Source of the DNA: Mizuhopecten yessoensis
Taxonomy: Eukaryota
Direction of reading: 5' to 3'
NCBI RefSeq assembly: GCF_002113885.1
Contig: NW_018479986.1
Span: 124,001-188,000, forward strand
Length of the DNA stretch: 64,000 bases
Positions within the stretch are counted from its first letter, which is position 1. Each line of letters opens with the position of its first letter. Made by a program: the position numbers and the translations under genes. Below the pieces are notes generated by a model. The model was not told the origin of the DNA. It searched no databases and saw nothing but the letters and a program-made list of their open reading frames with translations. Shown here piece after piece: positions 13,550-24,480 of the stretch.

Positions 13550-15002
13550 CTTTTGCTATTTTGGCTGGATTTCGATGGAGTCGAAGCACGAAGCGCTGAG
13601 GCATTCGTCTCCATCTCATCATCGAAATCTAGTAGGACATTGAACCGGTTTGTCGGGTCCTCTGATCCTTTGCCAAAGGTGACATTCAGATCAGGTCCAT
13701 TAGATTTGCCCCTCGCTTTTCTAATTTTTTTCCTAGGTCTGTTGGTAGGTGATGTTGCGTCTTGCCTCAGTTGGGACCGAGGAACAGATGTGAGTGAGCG
13801 AGATCGCTGCGACCGCATCTGTGCCCTGGATGGGCCAACCTTTGGAGGGTTTTCTCCTGAAGAGGAAGGTTTTTTCGATGGTGGTGCTGGTTTTGATGGT
13901 GGTGCTGGTTTTGATGAAGATGCTGTTTTTGAGGGTGATGCTGCTTTTGACAGGTTGTTTGGTTTGGTTGATTTGGTTGGTTTGGTTAAAGTCGTGAAGC
14001 GGGATGGGTCCCCCGTGAGGATTTTCAAGTTCTGTTGACCAGCCATGTCTGGGACTTGTGAGCCCCAGGCAGGTATGTCTTCAGAAACTTGAACCGAAGC
14101 ATCCTTGACCGTGACACTGTCAACCGCCGCCTTGCCTCGAGTCACTTGTGCGTAAGAGGGTGTAGCAATGTCTGCACTCCCGACTATCCTCCTGGCCTCG
14201 GGGAAAGAGACACCTCGGGTATATTTAACCCGTAATATCTCCCTCTCCTGGCTCCAGGTAGGGCAGTCGCGAGAAGAGGCAGCGTGCTTCACCTCACAGT
14301 TGACACAGCACAGGTTGGCGATGTCACATTTTGCTCGGTGTGACCCTCACGGCCACAATACTGGCAGATCGATTTTCGTCTACATCGCTTTTCGTGATGA
14401 CCGTACTTCTGACAGTTTCGGCATCGCAATGGATTTGGGATGTAGACGGAAACGTTGTTCCTCTCGTATCCGATTGTTAGTATATGGGGTAGTGTTGGCG
14501 TTGAAAAAGTGATGATGAAGGTGTTTGTTTTGATAGCATCATTGTATCTCCTGATCACCATCCGCCTCACCTCAGAGACCGGGACGCTCTCCTCCTGGAA
14601 ATATGCCAGTATGTCTTCGTCGGTGTCATTGCGCAAGGCAGGGCACCTGATTACCCCCTTGCTGCAATTAAGTGATGAGTGTGGTTTCACACTGACACCG
14701 ATGCCGGCAAAACTGGTTGTTCCGAGTAGGTTCATCGCATGTTGTTGGCGATAAACCTCTACAAGGAGATCGCCCGATCCCAATGACTTAACGGATTTCA
14801 CATCCCCTGCGATTCCCTGGATGCCCTTCCTCAACAGAAGTGGCGACAACGCGGCCGTTGTTTTACCACTCTGTGTGGAGGTCATTGCAAGGAATTGCGG
14901 GAATTGGGTGTTCTGTGTTGCGTTTTGTGTTGTTTTTGAGCTAGGGTCATCGTTGCTGATTTTGGTATGTCCGTCGTTTTGGTGGTTTTTATCTTTACCC
15001 AT
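13546..15002 (-). pseudogene. LINE ORF1 nucleic-acid-binding protein (three zinc knuckles), one frameshift
   Basis: ORFs 14289-15002 and 13546-14292 join through a frameshift near 14330; knuckles CRNCQKYGHHEKRC, CQYCGREGH..C, CVNCEVKHAASSRDC; Ser/Lys/Pro-rich tail. Confidence 0.9.
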
Positions 15003-15426
15003 GTGTATATTTGTTTGTTTTACGATCTATGCCTCCACCCGCCACGGAGCCCAACAAGGGGACCCTGGTGTGACGCGGATATCCAGCGCCAAGTGTCGGA
15101 GATACATAGAATAGTATACTCGTAAGAATATACATACTATTTGAAAGAGTATACTCTCGCAATTGACCCTAAGCCATCGCCTTCTTGGGAGTATGTAAAC
15201 CAAGGGCTCGGCGTGACCAGCCGATTGATGATAGAGGGGCCATATCACCTCTCGTCTACCCAGAGTCCGAAGCCAAAGCAGTATGTTGCAGAATATCGGA
15301 TCATGTCTCCTTCCTATCAAGAGTTTGACAGTGATTCCGACTCAGCTCAACTACCAGGATCTTCTTTCCCCAGGAATACGAGATGCAACCCACGGCAAAC
15401 AGGTTGGCTCAAATTGGAGCTACTGT

Positions 15427-15545
15427 GAAAGCCTTCTGCTACGATGACGCCCAGCGCGCCACAATCATACCCCCGAAATGATCACATACGCACTGAGCAC
15501 CAACGTACCCAGCCTCGGGACGTGGACCCAGCTTTCTTGGAGGCC
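15427..15545 (-). ncRNA. HDV-like self-cleaving ribozyme at the LINE 5' terminus
   Basis: P1 GGCCUC/GAGGCU (G1-U wobble); P2 GAAAGCU/GGCUUUC; P3 GGG/CCC with L3 UCCACGU; P1.1 CC/GG; 68-nt P4 hairpin; J4/2 G-C-AGAA with catalytic-position C at 15438; starts at the TSD boundary. Confidence 0.85.
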
Positions 15546-15652
15546 CATTCATAAATGCTCGTCACACCAAAACATGAAGAAAACTACTGTAATAGGCTGT
15601 TGCAAAAAAATAAAATACAAAAACGTATACCAAGTAGACCCAATCTAGCAGC

Positions 15653-16385
15653 AAACTAGAACACTGACAGGTCAGTAAGGGTCCCGTCTTGTGGCAATAT
15701 ATCCCCAATAATCATCAAGAAGCAATCTGCCCATATAGCTGAGCTTGACGTTTGATATGTGGACTTCAAAAAAGAATCGCAAGGAAGCAAAATATACATT
15801 TTACATGTACTAGGATGTGAGTCTTGTTTCCTTCCACCTCCATATTTGATGGGCTAACAGAAATGTAAATACTGGTGCAATACTCATTTGTTAGCTTCGA
15901 ATTGTTTTATTTAACCTTATATACCTCCTCCATCAAGAGCCAGGGTCAAAGTCAGAGATCCACTTTGTCTTTGACCTTTGGAACCGAATGACCTTGACCA
16001 TTAACCCAGTGACCCTGATCTTTGGTCAGTTGACTTAATTCCGACAAACTTTGCTCCTTAATATCATAACAAAATGTTCATCAGTGAAAATACAAAACTT
16101 GACCTTGACACTTTGAAACCCATAACCTGGACCTAAGGTCAGTTGACTCTGTGTTAAGTGCTGAACAACATTGCTTCATAATGTCATAACAAAATGTTCA
16201 TCAAGGAAAAGATACAAAATTTAACCTTGACCTTTGACCCAGTGACCTTGACCTTTGGTCAATTGAGTCCTTAATTAATCTGAGCTACATTGCTTCAAAG
16301 TGTCAAAGCGAAATGTTCACGCGAAAAAATCCAGATTTTGACCAAAATTCTACCCGTGAAGTATATACGATGCCTTATTGAGGCA
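15653..16385. repeat. HINE-like element with TGACCTTGACC-rich ~130-bp internal repeats
   Basis: Repeated TGACCTTGACC(TTTG) and CATAACAAAATGTTCATCA units at 15960-16330; AAACTAG start; terminal GCCTTATTGAGGC hairpin. Confidence 0.5.
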
Positions 16386-17975
16386 AAAGTGCTGTGTACT
16401 TGACATTCATTCATGTTTTAGTCTTTAGCTTGCAAATAAATATCAGTTTATAACTACATTTATTTATTTAAAAGGAAAAGTGATGAAACAAAGATCAATT
16501 TTGTATCGGATACAGCGATTCGCAAGGATATATTGACAAATTCCTTCAAGAATTGACCGGCCGGGCTCGATAACCCCTCCCCTCCCACTTAAAAAATGCA
16601 AATTTATCAGAAAACAGTGGTTTAAACATTTTAAAACAGCTTAAACACACTTATTGTATTCAAGAGCGTAAAAATAGGATTGACACAAAACGGTTTCAAC
16701 CTACATGCTTCTCCATCTCTGTCTAAACCCAGCAGACTCGTGCTTTGACATGACCTATTTGTCATATATATACATTACTGTTTCGTCTGCAGGTTCTCGA
16801 AGCGCTAACTGTGCGATGCAAGTTATCTCCCCTCCCTGATCTGTCTTGTACAACGGGCTGGGGGGTTAGCTCAAAACTGTTTACAGTTGACGTGCCAAAT
16901 ACCTCACATCTGCTGTAATTACTATATGTATTATATAACGTGTATATCTGTGCTACCAATACTATGAAGCCTAACTATGTTTATGCTGTTCTGTACACTG
17001 CCTATTATAGGTGTTTTTGTACAATAAAAGAACTGATTGATTGATTGATTGACTTACAAATGCGCGAGGCGGACATGTACAAGGCAGTTTAGCCGCAGCG
17101 CCACCTTGTTCTTCATTTCAGAGATATTTCCCAAGAACCCGAAAAACCACGGAAACTATGTTGTTGTTGTTGTTGTTGTATTCCAAATCTCCTTCTTCGC
17201 GGGAATATGGTCACTGTGGAATTTTTATCTCCTCTATGGATATTATTTCCTCACTGTAAAATAACACTATGTATCTAGGTGACGCTGCAAGTATGATTAA
17301 ATTTGGAGTTTACAATAAACCAAGCAAAATATAGGAGATTGCTCAGTTCCTATCACTTCCTTGCATTATTTCTACTTCCGCTGAAAAGTAGACGGTGAAG
17401 CCTACAATATGTCGTTATAGTTATATTTATTAACCAAGTATGATTTATACATACAACTATATAAATATAATGCAGTTACCACATAAAATTAGCGTTGTTA
17501 ATAATGGGCTGATAAAGTTTCGTTTGCTAATCCCATTGGGATTTACGACAGAGGTTAGCCGAAGGGTAACTTCATGATACTTCTGCATACTCCTTCGATG
17601 GAGATCATTCTAGTAAAACCCTATGGTAGGATGCATACGATAATAACCATATATAACACCATGACATTTAGGTAAAACTTGAAAGATCAGTCTCGAGCAG
17701 GGCCCCTCGAAAGCAGTCGCCTTATCTGTCGTTTCGTGATTATCAAACGCTTTGAAACTTAGGGCGACCTCAAAGTGTCGCCTTAAGTGTGTTTTGGTTA
17801 TATAAGTACTAAAACAGATCAAATATTGAAAAAAATGTATTATTGGTTATGTTAATTATTCTATTCTACTTCGATTAAGATTGATCTGGTATAGAAAACA
17901 ATAGTAATTTAAATTATCAAAGTCTACCTAAGTGATGTACTTATTAGGGGTCCTCCTAACGACGGTTGTACGGTA

Positions 17976-18007
<32 letters not shown>

Positions 18008-20739
18008 CATTTTAAATACTTTATTTTTAGAACAATTTTTTTTTCAAAAAGTGATTTCCCCAGATTTGGGACTTGTGAAAACCATGGTTTTACCACATCA
18101 AAAACGCCAAATTATGCCAAAAAACATGATTTTTAACCCAAAATTTGATCCACGCAAGTAGTGTTTTTTCTTAAAACCTGTCTTAAATTGAATATCACCT
18201 ATTCGGCAACAGAAATACTCACGTTATAGCATAGGTCGTTCAACTGGATTTTCTCATTATTTACACATGTGCTGTGCTTTTATTGTGTAGACACAGATTT
18301 GCAAATGGCCAAAAATGTAGTCTCAAACCAAAATCGATTTTTTTTAAAATGTGAAGCCAATATAGTCCACTTCATCATGTATCTGCCTATTTTAGTGCTG
18401 ATTATATGTTTTTACTTTTGATACATGTAATATTACATTGGTTATTCATTGTACAAATATATCATCCATGGCCACCGTACGCTACTGTACACTGCTAGCC
18501 CAACAGTTGATGGTTAATAATCATATGTATCTAGATCGAGTTAGTTAATATTCGAATTGCATAAAAACTCGAGGTCCACCGACTCTTTAGGAAGTTTGAA
18601 AATTAACTTACTCGAGTTAGATAAACGTGATTACCAACCATCACGAGTTTGGGGACCTTTTTCTCCCACCACGTTCAGAAAGTGTATCTTGAAGACCCCA
18701 TTTGTCTCTTGGGAATACATTTTTTATATTTCCGATCAGAGAAACACTTGCCATTACAAGTTACTTTTACATCAAAATGGAAGATGACGTCGCAACGCAT
18801 TGTTAGTTGACGTCTTCATTAGAAGGTTGACTAATGAAATAACGTCCATGGTGTTATCCACAGGTTGGTAACCAAAATTGTTTACCAACTACTATCAGGT
18901 GTATCCAATGAGTCGGAAATGCGAAAACCTATCGGTGTTTGTTGAAGAAATGTCAATGACTATAAGCAGGTTATTGCCAGTGGTGTGAATCAGTTGCAAT
19001 TTCAATATCGATGATTGGCTTACCGAAACTCCTAATTCTGTGTAATCTATACGATGCATAGAGGATAAATTAAATGGTTCGCATGCACTCCTTAAAAATA
19101 TCGACCTTCTGCGACACTCGAGACATACATACAGTGTATGACTACGGAAAACCAATTAAAACTGTCTATGTTTTACAGTGTATGACTACGGAAAACCAAA
19201 TAAAATTGTCTATGTTTTTCATTGTATGACTACGGAAAACCAATTAAAATTGTCTATGTTTTACATTTTTTTTTATTTAACACGACACAAATATTGCTGC
19301 AACAAAATAGCGCGCCAATCAGTAACGTAATATTTGCTGTTTTTACATGGTCACACACAAATTAAATCGATTGTGTAGTTATTTAAAAACATAGTGTAGG
19401 GAGTATAAAAAAACTTATTTTGACGTCGCTTTAATTGCACCCAAAACTGAAATCTACGCGCTGCATAGAAAGTACCATTCTTACTGGATAATACTATAAA
19501 ACGTATATCTTCACATGATGGAAAATAAAAAGTTCGTTTATCTTTTCGGTAAAAAAAAAATGAATATACTTTTTTATCAAGTAGATTTTTTGTTTGTTTT
19601 ACGTGTGATAATATAAGATAGGATTCATTTTGATATTGTTCTGGCAAATTAAAAAAAAAATCCTGTAACAAATATATCATGATAAAATCCTTCTGTATTG
19701 CAATATATCGTGATACATTCAGGGTACTTTTTTACACGCCTAGTTCAGTTGAGTATTAACAGTCAAAATATATTACCTGGCAATACACGCTATCAAACAA
19801 TCATCAGTTAAAATAAATTATCAGCCCAGACGCAAAGTAATAGTCAGGAAAACAAACCTGTGTCAACTAAACTTGAATTAGAACTCAACATCGATACAGC
19901 TATGGCAAAAATATGAAAAAAAGGAAAGATTTACATTGAGACCAGAGAAAAGCAGAAGGAGAAAAAAATCATGTTTTCCAGAAAAGTAAGCGTCGTCTGC
20001 TTCATCCACAATATACAAAATCTAGGATAAATCAAAGAATTGTCACGTCCTTGTTCCAACAACAGGGGTGCAACAAGTCACACTTATGAGTATCATAAAA
20101 ACGTTCACTTTCATATCAAACAAACAAAATAACATATTCCCCAATGATATCACAATGTCGACAATAAAACTTGTCCATAGTTTTCATTAAACTGCGTCTT
20201 TGAAACTCCTGTATTGTTACTTTGTACGCCTCCAATCGACATCTTTCACGGAAGTCAACATGCAACACAGTACGTTGGAAAAAAAACGATACTATCAAGA
20301 AAGGGAAAGTTCGCGATCGGAAAATTGTGACGCTTGTTCACTCAATAAACATGTCATGTCAAGTCATACTATTTCTGTAAAATAACTGCATTAAAATATG
20401 TACTATGCTGCCAATTAAAGGGAAAGAAATAGTCAAATGACGTTACTTTACAACATTTGGTTAGCAAGGAAAATGTGTCAACCGCACCAAACACCAATAC
20501 ATGTGTAGATTAAATTATCCCGAAAGAATTATTCAAGCTTAATAAGAAAATATGATCGACGATAGAGCAATGCATATATGACTAAGGGTCACAAAGTATT
20601 ACGAGATAACGTTATCGGGGTTGAAATGTCAGTTCTTCTTTGAATGACGTCAAGGTCATCAGACATTATATCCTGACTTCGTCGTTACAGATTGAAGTAA
20701 ACCGCATAGTTTTATTAGAAGATCAGAACGGTATCCAGC

Positions 20740-20835
20740 ATGTCATTTACTGTAATCCTTTTTGTACTGCTCTTTGCGGAACATTCACACGGTATGGTTC
20801 CTCATTTCAAATAATTATACTTACCATTTAGAATA

Positions 20836-20875
<40 letters not shown>

Positions 20876-23800
20876 NTGGGAGATGTAAATTGGAGTTCGT
20901 CCCGTTGTCTGACCGTCTGTCTAATTGGGTTCCTTGCAATAAGTGTTCTTATCAGGCTAAAAAGTAAGTTTGATTGTTAATTCGATATTCGTTGTGTCCA
21001 TATTTACGCATAGTTAATAAGGCTACACACTTCGGATGGATTTATTGGTTTTATTGTAGTTCTCCCCTTACAACGGTTTGTTTTTAAGAAATTTGTTTTT
21101 ATTAATTGAATTATTTTGTATATGTCTTTACGTTACCTGTCTCGTATACATGTCTCTTGAACTTCCAGGTAGCTGCCCGGCGGGATATCTAGTGGAAGGG
21201 GAGTTTTGTTTCTTCTTTAGTGAAATAGCAGGTACCTGGGCCGAGGCAAACGTAAGTGCCCTGTCTTAATAATCATGTTCTTGTATGTCTGTTTACCATC
21301 CGTCATATAATCTATAAATCAAAACTGAAAGGAGAAAATATATGTAGTAGGATTCCTAATTAGTCAACGTATTTTCATAATTAATTAACATCTTTCCGAA
21401 TCTCTTTCGTGATTTCGTTTTATTTTACAGAATAATTTATATTGAATAAATAAAAACTATCATGTGACCTCTTCCATTAAGATGCAAGCTGTGGAAAGAG
21501 GCCATTTATAACCTGTTCATTGAAAGGATTTCTTTGTTATTTAAACCAGCGTTACGAAACGACTAGTTTGAGATTCCTAAGTTTTCACATAGTAATGTTA
21601 AGTCTCAAGTAAATTTAATTAATATACTCCTTTTAAACGACAATACAAAGAAAAAAAGCCGATATCCAAACTCGATACGACCAGACAATATGTTGTCAGA
21701 TCATTTACTTATTTCAATTTCAAGGTGACATTCTCCTTTCCATCTTGAATATATCTACATGAGTAGGGATTATTTTAGGGGAGGACTGGTTGGAAATACA
21801 CGATTAACTTACACGAATCCAATCATTTTGCACATCCTGAACATTTCAAGATTGTAAATCACTTGCGTTGATTTGAAACCCCTTAAATGGCCTGCTGCAC
21901 AGCGATTTGTTCAACCAGTTAATCTAGTATATGCATTATACAAAGTTATTTGAATCAATTACATATAGGATGAAATGAGTTACTATCTTATTTTGTAGAG
22001 CTACTGCAGGACCTTCAATGCTGTGTTATTCGAGCCGAATACTGAGGATCGTCAAACTGCGTTGGTCAAAGCCTTGCAAAACGTATCAGGTGTGGACATG
22101 TTCGGATAAGTCCATAGCTATATAACCTCCACATGCAGTTAAAGGCCATCTTAATTAAATATAAATAATTGATAATCAAATACTGTACACATTAGACTTG
22201 ATCCTATAAAGTTTATTTTTTTAAGTTTCGATTGTACTCATGTTAGAAATTAAAGCAAAATATTTGGAAACTGTATTGCAATACTAAAATAACCAATAAG
22301 TGAAGACAAGTTCTAAATTTGTAATACGCCAGGGTTAAGATCATGGAAAATATAAGATATAGCTAATACGTAGGTAACACAATACGAATAAGAAGTCGCT
22401 ATGAGAATACCACCACAGGAACTGAATTGGAGATTAAAATGAAAGCTCACCTTTGACCTCCAATATAGCTTCCATTATTATGTAAATTAAAGAGGTCAAC
22501 AATGACAACAAAATCAATAATAACACCAAATATGCTAGTATTTTGATTGGTCTGCAATAAGTTTAATTGTTTTGTATGTTTTGTAGGACCATATGACAAA
22601 AAAATTTTCATAGGAGGTAGCGATTTTTTTATCGAAAACCAGTGGATCTGGTCAACGGAGCAAGATCCTATTACTATCTCCCACTGGGCCCCCGGTAACC
22701 CTAGCGACAGTAACATAGGAGAGGACTGTATGGCAGTGTTAAAAGCAGGGCAGTGGAATGACATCGCATGCGACAGCAAGCTGGAGTTTATTTGCGAAAG
22801 ACAGTAAGTGTTTATTGATTTAAATAAGAGGTATAATATACCCGGATTTGTAATGTGCTTGATTTAATATATTTATATATATATTCAGGCTGTCCCAAGG
22901 TAAACTATGTCCGTAAAATAATTGTAAGCCAGACAGAAGTTCCTTAAATACCACGCCAACCCTTTGGGAAATAAAGCAATAGACATATTAAACTAGATAC
23001 GACATCAATAGTTAGTGGTCTTATTTAGCAGTTTAAGTATTTACAAATGAAAAATTGAAATAATTTGATTTTCAAAGCCCTTTATAATGTCCATAACAAA
23101 CATATGTGAATTCCATGTTCTATTGATAGATCTTTATTTCAAGGCTAATTTTGCAACTTACATTTGAATATTGTATCATATTTAGGAGACATAGCAACAT
23201 AAAGGTGTTTTATCTGATTAAATATACTGCATTGAACAATACATATTTCAATATAAAACTTTAAACGAAAATAAAGGAGCGATAATGAATAGGTCTTGAT
23301 TTCGACTTCTGGGCCCGATATCATGAAACCATTCTCATGCTCAAGCATGGATTCAGTGCTCAAACTAATATTCTTCTGACTTGCTTATCAATGAGAAACA
23401 TTGCAACTAAGTGTAAACATTAGATAGAGTATTTGGCCTTAAGTCTCTTCTCAAGTCCGCCAAATCATTGACAAATACGATTTATGTTGATTTGTTAACA
23501 AAACAACAAAATACGCTTGAGCACAAGATCTGAGATTGAGATGAGAACGGTTTCATGAATACAGGTCCTATAATATGCATCGCAAGAGTGTAAATAGTAA
23601 GAACATATTTTAACATAATGCTTCTCTTTAACTATACGCTATGATATCGACCACTGTACCGAGAGTACTAGTGTATGATGCAAGCTAAGTTCACTATATA
23701 TTTTAGCAGTTATTCAAGATGGAATATCTGCCTTTTGTTTTGCAAGGATTTTGGGAGTGCCAATTTATCAATGAGCTAATCTGTAAAAAAAAATTCCAAA

Positions 23801-24480
23801 TGCTATCAAATAACTCAAAACAGTTTCAACGTGTCTGTGATAGCATATTCACGAGTCCACTGATTAAAAATAATTCGCATTTATATTTTCTAAATCCAAA
23901 GGTTCTCTTGACATATATATCTTCTTCAAAGCTTTGGAAAATGTCATGACAAAGATTAAAAGCTTATGGATGGTAAATAGCCTCTTTTGATTTCCTATGC
24001 GATCGTGAAAAATGAAATTAATCTCGCGGCAGCGTACCGGTAATATTGACAGGTTATAAACTTGCTTGCAGTTCCTGTATAATATTTAAAGGATATGGAT
24101 CACTGATTGGTAAGGTTTTACACCAGGAACCGATCAAAGATTTTATTCCGACTTTACGTATTGCAAAGTTATCTGCCTTGTGAGCAGGTATTGATTGTTA
24201 CGTCATTTGTTTGTGAGAGTAACGTCATCAATTTTTGAGAAAACGACGTAATTTTCTCACACAAACCAATGACGTAACAATCAATACCTGCTCACAAGAG
24301 AAGATAACTCTGCAATACGCAAAGACGGAATTACGAGCCGTAAATTTTGTCCAAGGCTGCAGAGAAGAAATCTGTATCCAGGGGAAGCCGCTGGAATACG
24401 ACGATGCAGATATGAGAGCAATGATAATTCAATATCTCTTATTTTACAGGGCACTTGAGAGCGGGGAAATAATTGGGTAA
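20740..24480 (+). CDS. Secreted C-type lectin (perlucin-like), copy A
   Basis: Exons 20740-20791 (signal peptide MSFTVILFVLLFAEHSHG), 21169-21251 (SCPAGY..CFFF..TWAEAN), 21999-22089 (SYCRTFNAVLFEP), 22587-22803 (FIGGSD..WIW..EDC..WND..C..FICE), 24450-24480 (ALESGEIIG*); GT-AG with consistent phases; possible extra exon ~20877-20963. Confidence 0.88.
23310..23569. mobile_element. MITE with imperfect TIRs in the last lectin intron (also ~31500-31760 and ~54597-54865)
   Basis: GGGCCCGATATCATGAAACCATTCTC ... GAGAACGGTTTCATGAATACAGGTCC inverted termini. Confidence 0.55.
24145..24331. mobile_element. Fold-back MITE (copy at ~32336-32522)
   Basis: ~75-bp arms ATTCCGACTTTACGTATTGC..GTTACGTCATT / AATGACGTAAC..GCAATACGCAAAGACGGAAT; absent from the homologous intron of inverted copy C. 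Confidence 0.7.

Larger units (their letters stand above)
9613..15545 (-). mobile_element. Full-length non-LTR retrotransposon (LINE), I group, Nimb/I-clade-like
   Basis: 12-bp TSD CATTCATAAATG at 9601-9612 and 15546-15557; (CAAA)n 3' tail; ~540-nt 5' UTR; gag-knuckle ORF1; ORF2 with APE, RT, RNase H and C-terminal CCHC. Confidence 0.95.

Noticed and set aside
10099-15428. Plus-strand ORFs (e.g. 13529-14038, 10253-10675)
   Set aside because: Antisense shadows of LINE ORF1/ORF2/UTR with no recognisable motifs.
15471-15510. Alternative short-P4 ribozyme fold with GUGAU as J4/2 (apparently C-to-U inactivated)
   Set aside because: P2 pairs poorly in that register; the long-P4 fold gives a full 7-bp P2 and retains the catalytic C.
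22889-22899. 11-nt AG|GCTGTCCCAAG|GTAAAC micro-exon conserved in the three lectin copies
   Set aside because: Inclusion shifts the frame and loses the conserved G[ED]IIG end; conservation is explained by duplication.
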